From assembly GCF_000150275.1 (NCBI RefSeq), contig NW_002060948.1, forward strand, positions 4,383,320-4,447,319: a stretch of DNA of 64,000 nt, written 5' to 3'. The DNA comes from Trichoplax adhaerens. Taxonomy: Eukaryota; Animalia; Placozoa. Numbering within the stretch: the first letter of the stretch is position 1; every line of letters begins with the position of its first letter. This document shows, piece after piece, positions 21,620-36,180 of this stretch. The position numbers and the translations under genes were made by a program. The notes below the pieces were generated by a model. The model had not been told where the DNA came from, made no database searches, and worked only from the letters and a program-made list of their open reading frames with translations.

Positions 21620-24600
21620 TTAGTTACTCAAATACTCACAATAACGAGTCCTATAAGTTGCCTTAAAACCATATCCAGTACGTGCATTATTTGTAACGTA
21701 GATAATAGTCATTCGGTTATACGACGACATCAGTGTACCAGGGCTACGGATGCCGCACCCGTTGAAAAGAATGCGCCTAGAACGTGTACTTCCATCGATG
21801 ATTTTCATAAATTCTGAACATTTACCATTTGTATCAGGGTTGGAAAGATGGAAACGTTCAAACGTTAGTAGTACATGCCTATAAGTTGGTGCAGTGATTG
21901 TAAAAATGCAACGCACACTTTTGGCGTATTCTCCAAAGTAATTTGGAGACGCAACAAGGCCAGATCTTGTCTTGAAGGTTTTGGTGATGAGTTCTGTTGT
22001 ATTTAAATATTAATCAAATGAAACATATCCGTATATATGAGTAAAGCACCACATACAGTAATTACGTTTATAAGATTTATTTATACTATTTAGTTTGTAC
22101 CAGTTAGTATTTATGCTTATTGCGTGTAAACTTCCTTAAATTAAATACGATTATATAATACATTATTTATGCAATAGTTTAAGTATCGTCTAATAAATAG
22201 CAGCATGCATTAAAGTACTCACTCGATTCACAACGTTCACCGATATATCCACGTTCACATCGGCATTTATATTTTTCAGAAGAGATAGCAATACATTTTC
22301 CGTTATTTTTGCAAGTGTCAGGTTTGCAAGGTGACTTATCTTCCACTATCAGGTTCAAAATATAGAATGAATATGTTATTCTAATAATTAGCACTAGATC
22401 ATGATATAATTTTGAAGCTTTATCTCGATATCGTTTGAACCAACTGACTCATTACCATACGGTATTTGTATTTATGATATCATGTATTGTAAGCTTAGTA
22501 TTTAAAGCTAATGGTTTTGAAATCACAATCTTATTAATATCATATTTACGAGAAAAGTTATCAATGTGCTAAATTAACGAACGATTACAAAGTTATTTAA
22601 CGAAAGCATACCTGCAGAATAAGTCGCGTAGAAGCCCTTCCTTTCTATGTTTTTATCACTCATGAAAACTATGTAGATCAAATTTGTCTTCGACTCATAT
22701 CTCAAATACCTTCGCTTGCCACAAGCTGCAGCAGCTAAATCATGTCGATAATGACCTCCATCATATATTCTTAAGATATCATAACAGCCAAAGATGCCGG
22801 CCTCCAAGTCAAAGGTATCAAATCTTATATCAATTCTTTGGTGTTTCGGTAGGTGGATTTCGTAGATACACCTCGCTCTTGGAGGATATGATTGTGGAAA
22901 TCTTGGTGACGTCAAGATTCCTCTTGATCCAGTGAAGTTACCTCCGCAACGTCCAATAGAACCTAGATTTATTATGTGCAAGTTAATCCAATATACAATC
23001 AATGCTAAAATGCCCAAGTCTTTAAAAATATTACTAAAGCGATTGTAAGATATTTCGAAAGATATTTTGAAAAATATGTCTTACTTTCTGTGGGTTTTTG
23101 TGTAGTTGCTTCTGTCGTTGGTGGTACTATAATATATTTAATCACACACGAAGTAACATAAATGTATAACGCTTAGCATGCTTGCACTAGGCTGTGCACA
23201 TGTATATAGCTATTGCTCATATGAAAGAAATCATCTTGAATTTACCTGTTGTTTGTGAAATACCTAACGAAGTAAAATTTTGTACGCAGAATTATGAGTA
23301 CGATGCCTGTTGATTATATAACAAAATTTAGTGATTAATAATTCTTACTGTCTTGGCATTGACGACCATAGAACCCTGGTTGACATGTACATTGGAAATC
23401 ACGGTAATTATTAACGTTCTGACATAGTCCTCCATTGTAGCACTCGTTGTTATGACAAGGTAATCCAATATCTACAAATTAAATACAATGTTAATTAGTC
23501 TAGCAAGAGCTACAGTATATTAAATTTATTAAAAATTTTGTTATCTTATCAATATCATGCAATTTCATACATCGATCACAATTTCTACCGCCAAATCCTC
23601 CATAACATGTGCAGCGATAATCTCGTCCTCCGTCAACATCAGTACAATATCCGTTGCTGCAAGGCATTTTGTAGCATGCCGTAAGACCTTAGAAGAGCAG
23701 ATAAATATTATTTGAGAGCTTAAGGAGCATTTTTGGTCGTAGTTAGAATCTTGAACTACTTACGATGTTGACAATATCGTCCAGTGTATCCAGGAAAGCA
23801 GGCGCATGTATAATCAGTGTTTGTATTTAAAGAACAAGTTCCATTTCGACATGGTTGAGAATCGCATGCAGTTCCGACATCTACAAAATTAACCATTAAC
23901 TTATAGGCGTATATACATACAGATATATAATTATGAGCTTTTCAATGATAAGAAAGTTACAGTTTTAAAGAATTCGTATTTAACATTTAGAATATTAGCA
24001 GCATACACTTTTCGCAATTTCTTCCGTCGTATCCCCAATAACAAAGGCACTTGTAGGTATTTGTCTCATTCCTAGGACGCATGCAAGTACCGCCATTTTG
24101 GCATGGACGAAGCGAACATATGTTATCCACTTACATACAGATATGAAACAAATAATAGTCCGTATAGGAAGAAGCACAAGGAAATTATTTAAATCAAGAA
24201 ATAACTTCTGCAATATTTGTTTTAACGACACTCAAGCAAAAGGACATACCTGCTCTATCGCAGTTTCTTCCTAAGTAACCTAACTTGCAATTGCAAATAT
24301 ACGAGTCTTTGCCTCTTCCGGTTGCAGTACATGAGCCATAGTTACAAGGATTCCTATCGCATGCAGTTCCTTCGTCTAGTAGAAAAAAAATCGTTTTATA
24401 AATTAAACAATCAAAGTAGCTTGAACTACGACGTGATATTATTATTATCTTACAAATATCGCAGTTTCGCCCTGCATATCCCCAAGCGCAGGAACATTTG
24501 TACGAGGTTGGTCCAAACCTTTGGCATGAACCCCCATTTTGGCAAGGCTTCTCTTCACATACTCGAATACCTTCATACGCACAGAAGAATGCAATATTGT

Positions 24601-26925
24601 TAACGAATAAAATAACTTTATTACATATCTGAACTGATCACAGCTTGCACACTGCATCACTTCATGGACTAGGGCTATTTCACCTGAAATCCAATCACAA
24701 TTTTGACCCTCGTATCCTTCATAACATTCGCATGTGTAACTGGTGCCATTACTGATCTCGGTACAGATACCGTTCGCACATGGGGAAGGATCGCATGGTT
24801 TAGGGATTTCTGTTTTTACATTTAAAGCAATGTCATGATCATGAGATACAAAGCCTAGATTATATTTTCTTTCTTAATTTTCAAATTAAACTGACTTATT
24901 TCACAGTCCCTTCCTTCATATCTCACTAAACAGTTGCAGATATAATCGGTACCGTTCGATAAGCAGGAACCATTATTTAAACAAGGATAGGATTCGCATG
25001 GATCTGCATGAGGATAATTCAAAGTTAAATTATCAAATTGAAGCTTTTATTGGTACAGTACCCATATATGCAAGCTATAATAAATCATTTAAATGTTATA
25101 GTAAAGACCTGTAGACAGCTCCGTTCCATTTCCCTCTAGTTCACAATTTACACCGGAAAATCCATTGGCGCAAAAGCATTCATAATTATAATCGGTTAGG
25201 TTGAAATTTGGTAAGCAAGTTGCCCCATTGACGCATGTATTGTTATAGCAAGGATTCTCTTCAGAAACTTAGTGCATAGTATGAATTGATGAGAAAATTA
25301 CGAACAGGCCAATTGCATTTTTATGATGATTACTATAGTATCAAATTATGAAAGATACTCACCTTCTTCACAAGTAGAGCCACCCCACCCCATCCCTCGA
25401 AACACACGCAGACACTTGTATTATTATTCATATTAACACATTGACCAGCTCTACACGTCGTGATATTGCACTGCATAGAGTTATTATTAAATCCTAAAGC
25501 AGAATGAAGACATCGATTTTATAACCTTCATCTGCGATAAATTAAATTTGGCCTACGGGAATTATCATAGCTACTACTGCATCTTAACTACATCGTAGGT
25601 GCACAACATAGTATGCTCATGTACGTGTTTAAAATGTATGTGTCTTAGACTTACCATAATCGGTATCGTTATTCGCAGTGCGGTTTTGAAATGTTGAAGT
25701 GTTATTCAGTTGATTGTCATACCAATTTGTTTCATTGCTATCTTGAGTACTGTTGTCGAAAGTACCGGTACCGTTCATGAAGATTTCAGTTTCGTTGGTA
25801 AAATGAGCAGTGTCATTGCTGTGAATAAAATTCACTGAATTGGTGTGGTTCAATTGCGATGTTCCTTCTGTAGTAGAATTCATTGCTGCATTGAATGAAA
25901 ATTAAAATCTTTTAAGCTTGCCTTAATTTAAGAAAATTTTCATTTCTAGATTAATCACAAATATTATACCAGGGCTTGGCGTCGCGTCAGAACCGCCAGT
26001 CAGCTTACTAATATTGACTACAATAGCCACAGCGCTTTCGCATCTAGCACCTGTAAATCCGTTTACACAGTAACACAGGATAGATTTACCCCCATTAGTC
26101 GGAAAGCAAGTACCACTATTTTGACAAGGGTTACCATAACACGGGCTTGATGGGCTGTCTATAATTTTTAAAATTTACCACAAAGTTCGAGTTATTTCAG
26201 CTTATACTTTTTCCTGTAAAGTCATCACAACACTTACAGGAGTCTAAAGGACTATGAAATACTTGCAATGTTGACAAAGCAATGTTAGGTATATTTATAA
26301 TCAAATAGTCAACCAAAGAAATGTAATTAATTGAATATAATAATGCTGCTAATAACGGTATAAATGTAGCTTGCTATCTGTTATTAGAGACTTGTTGAAA
26401 AAGTGCATCTAGTTTACCATATAATCAATTTATTCTGTTTAGAAATTGATATAAGATTGATAAAAGGGATTATATCGCAAACTAACTATAGATATAATTA
26501 GCCCAAGTAAAATTGTCTAATGAAAGAACTTAGCAATATGTTAGATTTAAAGTAAAATAGTATTATCTTATCCACTTACATTCATCGCAACTTGAGCCAT
26601 GAAATCCGGGATAGCAAATACATAAACCACCCATGTTCATACCATGTTGACAGTCCATTGCAACTAGTCGTGCATTTGTAATGTTAATTTCGAACATGTC
26701 AGTAGAACATTTCGTAAATACATATTATTAAAACAGCTAAGTGATATTTTGGTTATTAAGTTATACAAAGTATAGCAACAATTTACTACTCACCTTCCGA
26801 GGAATCTCCCCATCCATTCTTATAAATAATGAATATATATAATTAATGAAAATAATTTTTGATTGCGACTTGTCCAACATTGTATAATAGTATAATACAC
26901 AGTATTTTGAATAATATTCCCTCAT
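21620..26925 (-). CDS. Extracellular EGF/CUB protein (12 EGF - Thr-rich linker - CUB - EGF - CUB); one exon frameshifted; termini approximate
   Basis: EGF exons from 26665 down to 23349. N-glycosylation-rich spacer exon 25655-25885. Linker micro-exons (VPPTTEATTQKPTE). CUB exons 22612-22961 (CGGNFTGSRGILTSPRFPQSYP...FDLE..CYD.L.IYDG...CG..F.SD....KGF.ATY) and 21643-21993. EGF exon 22224-22346. Confidence 0.8.
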
Positions 26926-29900
26926 GAGGCTATCATTCGTACACAGCTGAAACTTATTCTCAATACGAAATCAGATATATATTCTCAAGTATTCTATAAT
27001 TATCCTCAAATCTTACACTGAGCGAGACAGTAACTACCCTAAGCAAAATACCAGTATTCAGTGTATTGTACTAACTTTCATTAACCCTAACGTGTTTACT
27101 GCGGCTATGTAATACTACATTAATTTGGGCAAATATCTAGCAGTTGACTGATGGATTTCAGCTCCCAAATGCAATTATTAGTTGCTGCTGCCATTTATTT
27201 GATGAAATATCCGCTGCCTGAAATTCATATGGCTTAAAAACTCCGTGAATTAATTTATAAGGGGCAGATTTACATGTATCCAAAATAAATAATGCGATCA
27301 TCGTGCCCATTTATTTTAAATTAATGATGTATTATAGAAAAATTAACTAAACATATTTGTCTGTAATCATTAATTAAAGTTAAAATAACACATGCAGTCA
27401 CGTTTTAAATATAGTATGAGTTCTTACGTTCGCATCAAACTGTCCTTGACAGTTGTTGGCAAATTGCGTAGTTATAACCAATGCGACACAAAAAATATGA
27501 ATTAGTCGCATTTTCATATTGAGTAAACCCGTGAAAAACCACCAACCTAGTCATCAGTTATAATACGTCACAATTACTATAGCAAATTTCTTATACATTA
27601 ATAACAGCGTTTTACGCACAATGGTCACGAAAATTTTTAAACTGCAATATTTAAACAAAATAATTCTCCAAGTGTATTTCAGTTAGGCGATTTTAAGAAT
27701 AAAACACGATATCCATAAACGTCATAAGAGTTGAAATGAACATTTATGGCGAATATGAACTTAAAAGTTAGTAGATTAAATAGTTTGAGTTATCTTATAA
27801 CTAACATAACTTCAAGCTAATATTTTCATCTGTTAAAGTTTTACAAAGTTTAATGAAAGTTAGATCTTATCGATGAATTGGCGTAAATAGCTATTTCTTA
27901 CCTAAATTTTAATAATTTGAAATTATATCAGCCGGATAAAGTAGTATGAAAAATTCGACCCAATTCTTTTCTTAGTATAAGAAGCCCTAGAGATTGCCCT
28001 ATGATGCGAGTGGCTTTAGTATACTAATGAGGATGAGTATAAAATGAATAAGATGATAAATGATCGATCCTTGCGGTATTTTTCGATTTTAGCCGACCCG
28101 TCTCATTCCGTTTATTTATTCACGTGTTTTTTTTCGAGCTCTCTGTCAATTAAAAGTAGAAATGCCGTCATTATTTACTTTTATAAATTGATTACTAAGC
28201 TTATTATCTTAAAATTGTCAGATTTGAGTTGTTGTTCTCCTAATTTCCGACCTGAACAGTATCTGCATGAAAACTTTCATCAGATTTCGCCAGCATGTGG
28301 TTTCTCAAATCTTGATAGAAATAATAACGGCAGAAGACTGTTGGACTACACATAGATTGCAAGCTTATATTAAATAATACTTATTTCATTCTGGTAGCCT
28401 TATATATTTCTTATTGAAGTAAGTTTTAAACTATAAACCTGACGTGACTTTAGACTTACACTTAGGTATCTTAAACTAAGTGATAAATCTGGTACTGTAA
28501 TCCATAACATATACATCAATATTTTGTAGCTCATGCATAAAGACTTTTCTTAGTCAATTCATGACTTTAATAGATTGTACAGGATGACTTTCTTGGTAGG
28601 AATATGGTCAACCTAATCGGAAGTACAGATCATTGTATAAATAAATAACGAACATGACTCATTCGACTGACAAGCCAGTAAAATACTTCTTATTTAAATA
28701 ATTGGTTTTCATGTAATTTCGTACTACGCATGATGTTCACAAACTTTGGGGACGTCAAGCTTTACGAACGTGTCGCTGTTTGACCGGGATCTTAACAAAA
28801 ACAAGCACCTGCTGATATTTTTTGCATAAATATTAGCGTCATAGATGTCTGCAATATTATTTTGCATCGCTGAATTGCTTTTTGAATTAATTCGATCAAA
28901 CATGTCTAGTTCATGCAAATTATTTTGTGTAACGATAATCACAGTCACAAGCTATCCCTTGTCTACGTATTATATTTACCACAATTATAACAATAAACAT
29001 ATTTTGAAATATCTAGGAGAAAATTTACGTAATCTTTTCACAATTATAAACGAAGGTATAATTGTCTCATCTATTTATCTTACATAAGAATCTAGGTAAA
29101 ACGGTATTAAAATTCTTTTTTAATCTGACAAAGTGCCCATGTGAAGCAAATCGATGGTATTGGTGTCAATACAAACTTATTGGTTTAGCATTTCCTATGG
29201 AATTATATCGTTCTATATAACTACTGTATCATGAATTCAGCCTTAGATATCGGAAAATAGCAAGTTTGTCTACGGTATTATAATAGCAAATAGGAAGTTT
29301 TCACCTATAACGTCATGCACAATAAGCGCATTTATCTACAATACTTTGATTACTCTTGTTTACCGTATATATCCTGCATTAAATTAAATTACTGCAATCC
29401 CTACTAAGCCATGACAAGTATTGGTTGCAATTAAATGTTCCTTGCTGATATCAAGGACTGCCCAACAGACTGCTATGGAGAATTAAAATAATTAGCCGAT
29501 CACAAAGTCATGTATTAAAATAAATATTCACCACATTTTCAACAAATTGATGTCTAACTTAGCAATAATTATGCAAACAGACCAGAAAGTAGGTAAGATT
29601 ATACCAAATATATAGTACGAACAAAGCAATGAACTAAATAGGCATTAAAATTTTTTGAAATTAAATCCATGTTCAGATATTGTATTAGATGTAAAGTTGC
29701 TAAGCTAAACATTTCAATTTAGCCGTAAATGTGTATCTAACTAAGCCGTCTATCAGTAAGGTACAGGCTGACACCATTTAATATCTGTATAACATTTAGC
29801 CTACACTGAAGGTATTGCTCTAACAAGAATACTCCATTAAATATTCCATAATAACGTATAGAATAGCTTAAAACTCTTACTTAACACTTTATCAAGCAAT

Positions 29901-30152
29901 TCTTAAGATGTAATTTATGTTCAAACAGCATAAATAAGGAATACAAAATTTACGCTATCGGCCAATATTTCTGTACAGTCTTACTGAATTGAAGTGGTAT
30001 ATAGCATATCTATGCTATATTGAAGGATGTATATGCACAAAATTAAGTTGTATACAGTACATTACATTGATAAACTAGACAGCACTACATCACGTAACCA
30101 TCATGTAACCACCATCTGCCATTGACTGCAGTTACTAGTTATTGTGGCACAG

Positions 30153-30996
30153 TTAATTTTGGGTCGCTTTCGCTGGCTCACTATTACCACTCTCTACCTA
30201 AATGAGGTGAAACAATAAAAATTCACTTAAACTCTCCAGAATCATCCCTGAATATCAATGTCACAAAGTATAGTTCTCAACAAGTAAAGGTACGATTCTA
30301 TCGCATGTGCTGTCAAGTAAAGATTTATTAGTAGTAGAAAAGTTTAATTTAGCAAGTTGAATAAACTGTCAATACTATCAAAATCTTCACGATATATCCT
30401 GGTAAACTTAAGTTCATTTCTTTCAAGTATGAATACATTATAGCCATTTTGAGCCCATCATCTTAATAACTAAGCGTAAGATGTACTGTACCTTGCTCTT
30501 AGTAACGTAAATATTGGTGACTATGGATGCTGCCTACTTGACCAGAAAAATACAGTACAGTACAGGACCATGCAATATTACCTCATATAACTCCGGATAT
30601 TTGAAAACGTGCTGACAATTTGCGTAGCTCATGCCAAAGCCAGCACCAACGCCAAAAGCAATTGGCCAAGGACGACCTAAGGTGATCATAATATTAATCT
30701 GTTAACAAATACAAGACAAGGGATGAATTATTTGACAAATTTCATCTTACGTTTAAATGCAAGTGCAGAAAACACTATTCCTAAGCCGATTCCAGCTCCT
30801 GTAGAGATTTAGAACAAATATGTCAATACAACTGCTATAACAAGATAAATGTAGCAATAATAACGAAACTATAACTAGCAAAAGCTGCTCTAGCAATTAA
30901 CGATGTCATCATTGGTGCATATTTACCGATCTTAACAGCCATGTCAGTTAGACATTTATCCCACTTTTCGCCCAAATCGTTCTCGTTTGCAACCAT
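30153..30996 (-). CDS. MICOS10: MICOS complex subunit MIC10 (MINOS1), 5 exons
   Basis: Spliced: MVANENDLGEKWDKCLTDMAVKIGAGIGLGIVFSALAFKRRPWPIAFGVGAGFGMSYANCQHVF..., with KWD.CL.D, two GxGxG TM motifs and the FKRR.WP loop. Exons 30926-30996, 30751-30798, 30582-30677, 30492-30535, 30153-30197. Confidence 0.92.
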
Positions 30997-31198
30997 ATTT
31001 GATTCGATTTCAGTCTCCTTCAAAGTGGATAAACCACGCATGCTCGAAATGAATTCATGTAACTTGCGTGTTCGTGGAATGTTGCCTACTGAGTATACTG
31101 TACCGTACTTAGGAGAACTGAGAGAATGTGAGCGCTATATGAGGGTCTCTAGTGAGCACTGAGCAGTCTCGCCTTCGACGACCGTTATTTTCTTTTGT

Positions 31199-31345
31199 AA
31201 CCATAATGTACTGTAAAATACAGTACTATACACTGTAATCTGCAGTACTGTACACTGTACTGTACAGTACAGTCGTCCAAAGAAATTGACTGTAAGTCTG
31301 TAACTGTTTTTACAGTACAGTTCAATCTAATAACAGCTCTCGTAT
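31199..31345. promoter_or_regulatory. TACAG/CTGTA palindromic array upstream of MICOS10
   Basis: Dense gtactgta/tacagtac, including a perfect 20-bp palindrome actgtactgtacagtacagt at 31254-31273, ~200-350 bp upstream of the ATG. A regulatory role is inferred from position. Confidence 0.55.
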
Positions 31346-32617
31346 CTACAGGACGCAGTATGAAGAATTTACACTAGCACTTTGCTGATAGACAGTAGTT
31401 CTTGACTGTATTAATGGCCTGGTCTAGCCTGCATTGTAATTCATTTTTCGGAGATTTTTTTGAAAGTTCTAACGTGATAACAAATACAAAATTATTACAA
31501 CAGGATACAGTGGTGGAAATAAAACGGCTGCCTACTGCAGCGCTCTGAGTTAAACATTTTGTTACTTACCGATAGAACTTAATTATGATTATTCCCCACA
31601 TCCACACGAGCAAATTATTTGATGATCATGAAATAGCTAATTCTGCATTTATAACATTCAGACTGCTCATTTCTTAGCGATTTTTTCCTGAGAATTATTT
31701 AGTTATAGTAAAATCAATATTATCTGTAATTTTCGTGCTGCGATTTCAAATTTTATTATCGTTTTTTTTATCAGCTCTCCGAGAATATGGATCAAAAATT
31801 GAAATAAAAATTACTGTACGCGTATAATCTATCATGTAGCCGCCAGATAATAATGACTAGTTGTCCGAGAGAATTGTAAAAATTAAAAATACTTAGGTGC
31901 AAATGAAAGCATCTTGTTAAAGCTTTTATATCTTAAGTTAATGAAATACGAGCCATACTCTTCCTACTAGTAGTAGCTAGTACAACTTTACTCTGAAATT
32001 ACGTTTAGCAAGTAATTCTCTGTATGCTTGTACCAAAATCCTGACCATTGTGTTACAATGGATAAGGAAATAGGAATACTGATATTCGTATACGTTTTTT
32101 TACAGTAAATTTTCGTAGCAGTTCTAAGTACAATGTCAACTGAATATTTACGAATTGATCTATTTTTTTGGCAGTCGTGTAATATTTACAATTTAAGAGG
32201 ATTTAGCAATCATTATAGTTGCTCTGTTGAAAAAATAATTTCGCATGAACGGCTCGCGGATTCAACAAGCTACCGTAAGTAAGTATAACAGCTATTATTA
32301 TCACCAATTTACTCCACAGGCAATAAACGACAACTATGTACGCACCAGCAGATCTACCGAAATACCATCAAAAGTGTTCCACAATTTGGAAAACGAGCAT
32401 TTATTTTCAGCTGTACAAATACTACTATATGACATCTATTAATTATTAGGTGCTAGTGTAACCCATCAGCCGTAGTAAAGATAATACACTTTTATTACTT
32501 GTTTATTAGATATTGGCAAATAGATTGGTTACAATATGTGACCACATTCCAAATAGTAAAAGTTATGAAAATGTTACAACGATAAGTGCAAAAATTTAGT
32601 ATTTATCTGCATTTTCT

Positions 32618-34372
32618 TTAAGGTGGTAAAGGAATCAAGCTTCTGATGATGTTCTCCATTAGACCTACATGTTGTTTTCGTACCTTTTCCGTGCAAGGTA
32701 TGCAAGCAAAACATTGGCTGTTGAAGAAATCTTTAATCTTAACATCGGAATTCTCTATCTCTGATCTAGCCACCTACAGCATAAAAATAAAACGTATGAC
32801 CCTAATGATAAATCAATCTCTATTATATCTAAGCGGCTATTTTTAAAATCCTTGACAGACTTTTATTACTATATAACGACTGTTACTATGACTGAAAGAT
32901 GGCCGTTACTCACATTCGGATGTCTGCCTTGACTTAGTAGTACTGTTTGAGCACGAGGCAAACTTCGTTTTACCTCACATGTCTTGTAATTTACACTTGA
33001 ATCTAGTTATCGTTAATAAATTTTGTCAAGCCCAGATAAAAGCTTCAAAACGCTAAGACATGTTCGATTACTATCAAGATTTGCCACCATAGAAATTGTA
33101 ACAATGCAAGATTTTTCTCTATTTAGCATAACTACCTCTCGTGCCGGTTAATAGATCATGGGTGATTACGTCTTCCTCCGTATTGATATTAGCATCGTGA
33201 TACGAGCTCATTGATGATATTGATATTGCGTCTTGATCCACTTGAGATACACATTCCGTACTAGTATAGTTCTTCCTCGAGAAATTTACATACCTATTCT
33301 CTATTCGATCGGTCTAAAAATGATTTAACTCTATCATGTCTAACTATTTCGAAGATTTAGCTTTAGGCTTCTTGTAATCAATCCATCAAAGACTTACCGT
33401 TAAAAATGTATCAATGATATCTTCCATTGAAGAGCTAACGGGTCCATTCTATATATTAAATGCTTTATAATTACTTTAAGTAATTAATCCTTTACATTAA
33501 ATTTGTAAATATCCTAAGAAGTAGTCAATAATATCGATGAAAAGTCGTAGCATTTTTACCGCCAAGGCTGGATTAATACCGTTGTAAAGTAAATCTGGTT
33601 GAGACGATGCATAGTCGGTCTATTCAGTTTTAGTAATTAGCAAATATTGTCGGCGTTAATATCCAGCATTCATGTATTTACTTCTAAATTTTCCTAATGG
33701 CACTAAAATGATATTTGTCTGCAGGCTTTCTTGCATGATCTTACCGTTGATATTTGATCTTCATTGTTATTTACGTCAGCTACTTGACTTCTTCCAGGGT
33801 TAATCTAATTAATCAAGATAGAACTTTCAGGTAAATAGTGAGACCATCCTTTGATATTCATTTAACATTTCTTACGGCAGATGGTGCATGTGCAATACCA
33901 TCCGCGTGATCTGCAATTGGTTCTTCCTATGCAAAAATATCAAGTAAATGATTATCGAACGGCTATAAAACAATACTACTCCTTGATATCCAATGTTACT
34001 CCGTACGATGTTATGTTATTATATCATCCGGTATAAAAGAGCAGTTTATCCCCACCAGTTCAATAAAGAACTCTCAAAGGCGAACTTAAATTTATACCCA
34101 CTCTAGCTTAATATAATACTAAATCAGTATGATACTAATAGCAAATAAAGTTTACTCTCATTATAGTATTATGCTAGGCTATCGCGATATTAACAGAAGC
34201 TCTTGCTAATTATTCAGAAATTCTATCTAAAGCCCGACCTTACTATATTTACTAATGTACTTACTGTCCTAATGTCAATGACTTCGCAAATGTCTTCCAC
34301 GTAAGGTTCGAAAATATTATCATAGAGAGAATATTCATTTTGCCAGTCTTCTGCAGTTAGTACACCAGCCAT
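32618..34372 (-). CDS. Hypothetical multi-exon protein, no recognised domain
   Basis: GT-AG exons with compatible phases: 34259-34372 (MAGVLTAEDWQNEYSLYDNIFEPYVEDICEVIDIRT), ~33875-33926, 33745-33804, 33560-33619, 33398-33448, 33136-33313, 32914-33002, 32618-32773 (..FFNSQCFACIPCTEKVRKQHVGLMENIIRSLIPLPP*). Confidence 0.6.
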
Positions 34373-36180
34373 GATCTTTCTTATTGATAAGGCAAAGTTT
34401 ACAGTAATCAATTGATAACGACAAGCCGCCGACTTCTACTTCACGAATATTAAATAACTTCACTAATCAAAATCTGCGCACTAAGACCAAATTTGGTTAG
34501 TCTATCTTCCCTAGGCTATACGTACAACACATTAATTGACTGAACATAGAAAATCGGAAGCTACAGTGGTTTATACCATGTTCTTCTTTTTGCAGACCTA
34601 GTATTTAGTACGGTATCATAGCAGGGTATTGCTGATAGACAATTATATAGTATATTGCACTATCTATAATATATAAGCATACTAAATTAGTAAAACAAAT
34701 TAAGTATCTAGGAATGTAGGTCATGCAAGGAATACTGTATATTTAAACATAAATTATGGTGCAATGCATTATCATCTAAACCCACAATAACCATTTACAA
34801 TGACCTTAATAAAAACTATTAAACAGATTGTTCTTTAAAGTATATCAAATAGCGGATAAAAATTCTTTTATTTCTTACTTTATCGTAATTGCTGACTGTA
34901 GATATCACCTTGAATCATAACATGCGTATTTAACGAATAAAGCCGTACAAAATAAAATAAAATAGCTTTATGATATCACAGATTATTGTGTACATATGTA
35001 AGATTCACTGTTTATCAATAAATGTTTATACTTAATCTTTGATGATTTATTCAGCATCTGAATTGCAATAAATATTTAATTGGAAATACATTACAACGTT
35101 ATCTTTTCAAGCTTAGGATATAGAGCCTGATTTAAATCATTCATTCTATTTAAAGCTAAACGATGGCAAAAAATACACGTGAGTGCTATCTAATAGCAGT
35201 CTGTATTATACTTCTAGGTTTCGAGATTATTTTTTGACAGCGTTTGCTGCAGCCAACCAACTGATAACTCTTAAATTTTCTAACTTTCCTCGAGCTATTT
35301 CTGTACTAATATTTGTGATCTAAACGGCTGATAACATAGATTGATATATGCCCTAATTCAGTCAAAAATTCGATTCTGATCTGCTATGGCCATTAGCCGT
35401 CAATAGCGCATATAACAATATAAACGCCTAATTAAGTCAAAGATTCCCGGCTATTGCTACTATTGCGAAGTATTGCCCGAAGACACACCGTAAATAAGAT
35501 TATGATTACCGAATGTAGTGAAACTTGCTATAAGACAGAGCTCGAGTATTCTGATCATATTTATTGATAAATTATTAGTAGCATAATATGTTAAGTAAAA
35601 TTTTAACAGAAGAGTATCAAGATATAATGAAATATTTAAAGTGTGAAAGAATTAGCAAAGAACAGCCGAAAACAATTGATGAGAAATTTGTAATTCAGTA
35701 GCACTATTCTCATTTTAACAACAAATAAAAATAGTTCTGCAGTAGCTACACTGTGTAAACTTTACAACTATTAATGAAATATATTACTTATAACAAAATA
35801 ACTGAATTATTAAAACGATCCATTCATTAAACACGGTAGGCAACATTAAGCATTTACTATATTTATATTCGAAATATCTACAGGACAAATGTATTGTTAC
35901 AAAGATTTATGGTAACGGCCAATGTTTATAATTAATTAGCCATTTTAAAGTAATTCCAATCATTGCATTTAATCAGCTATGAATTTCATAGATGATAATC
36001 GATTTTAAGAGCTCAAATGTAAAATTTCCAGATGCACACGTTGTCATTGGCAATTATACTGGTTTCTTTCAACCACATTTACTCTATAATGTTGAGTAGT
36101 AAATACCATTACTTCTAAGCCTTTGAAGTTTATTCGCTAACAGTTAGGAACGATGTTGCAGGTATCAACTCATTAAAGCA

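Noticed and set aside
24445-24660. 71-aa ORF (and similar short ORFs across 8-25 kb)
   Set aside because: Off-frame or antisense readings of EGF exons.
27000-30100. Short ORFs in the intergenic stretch
   Set aside because: AT-rich, with no coherent exon chain or domain visible.
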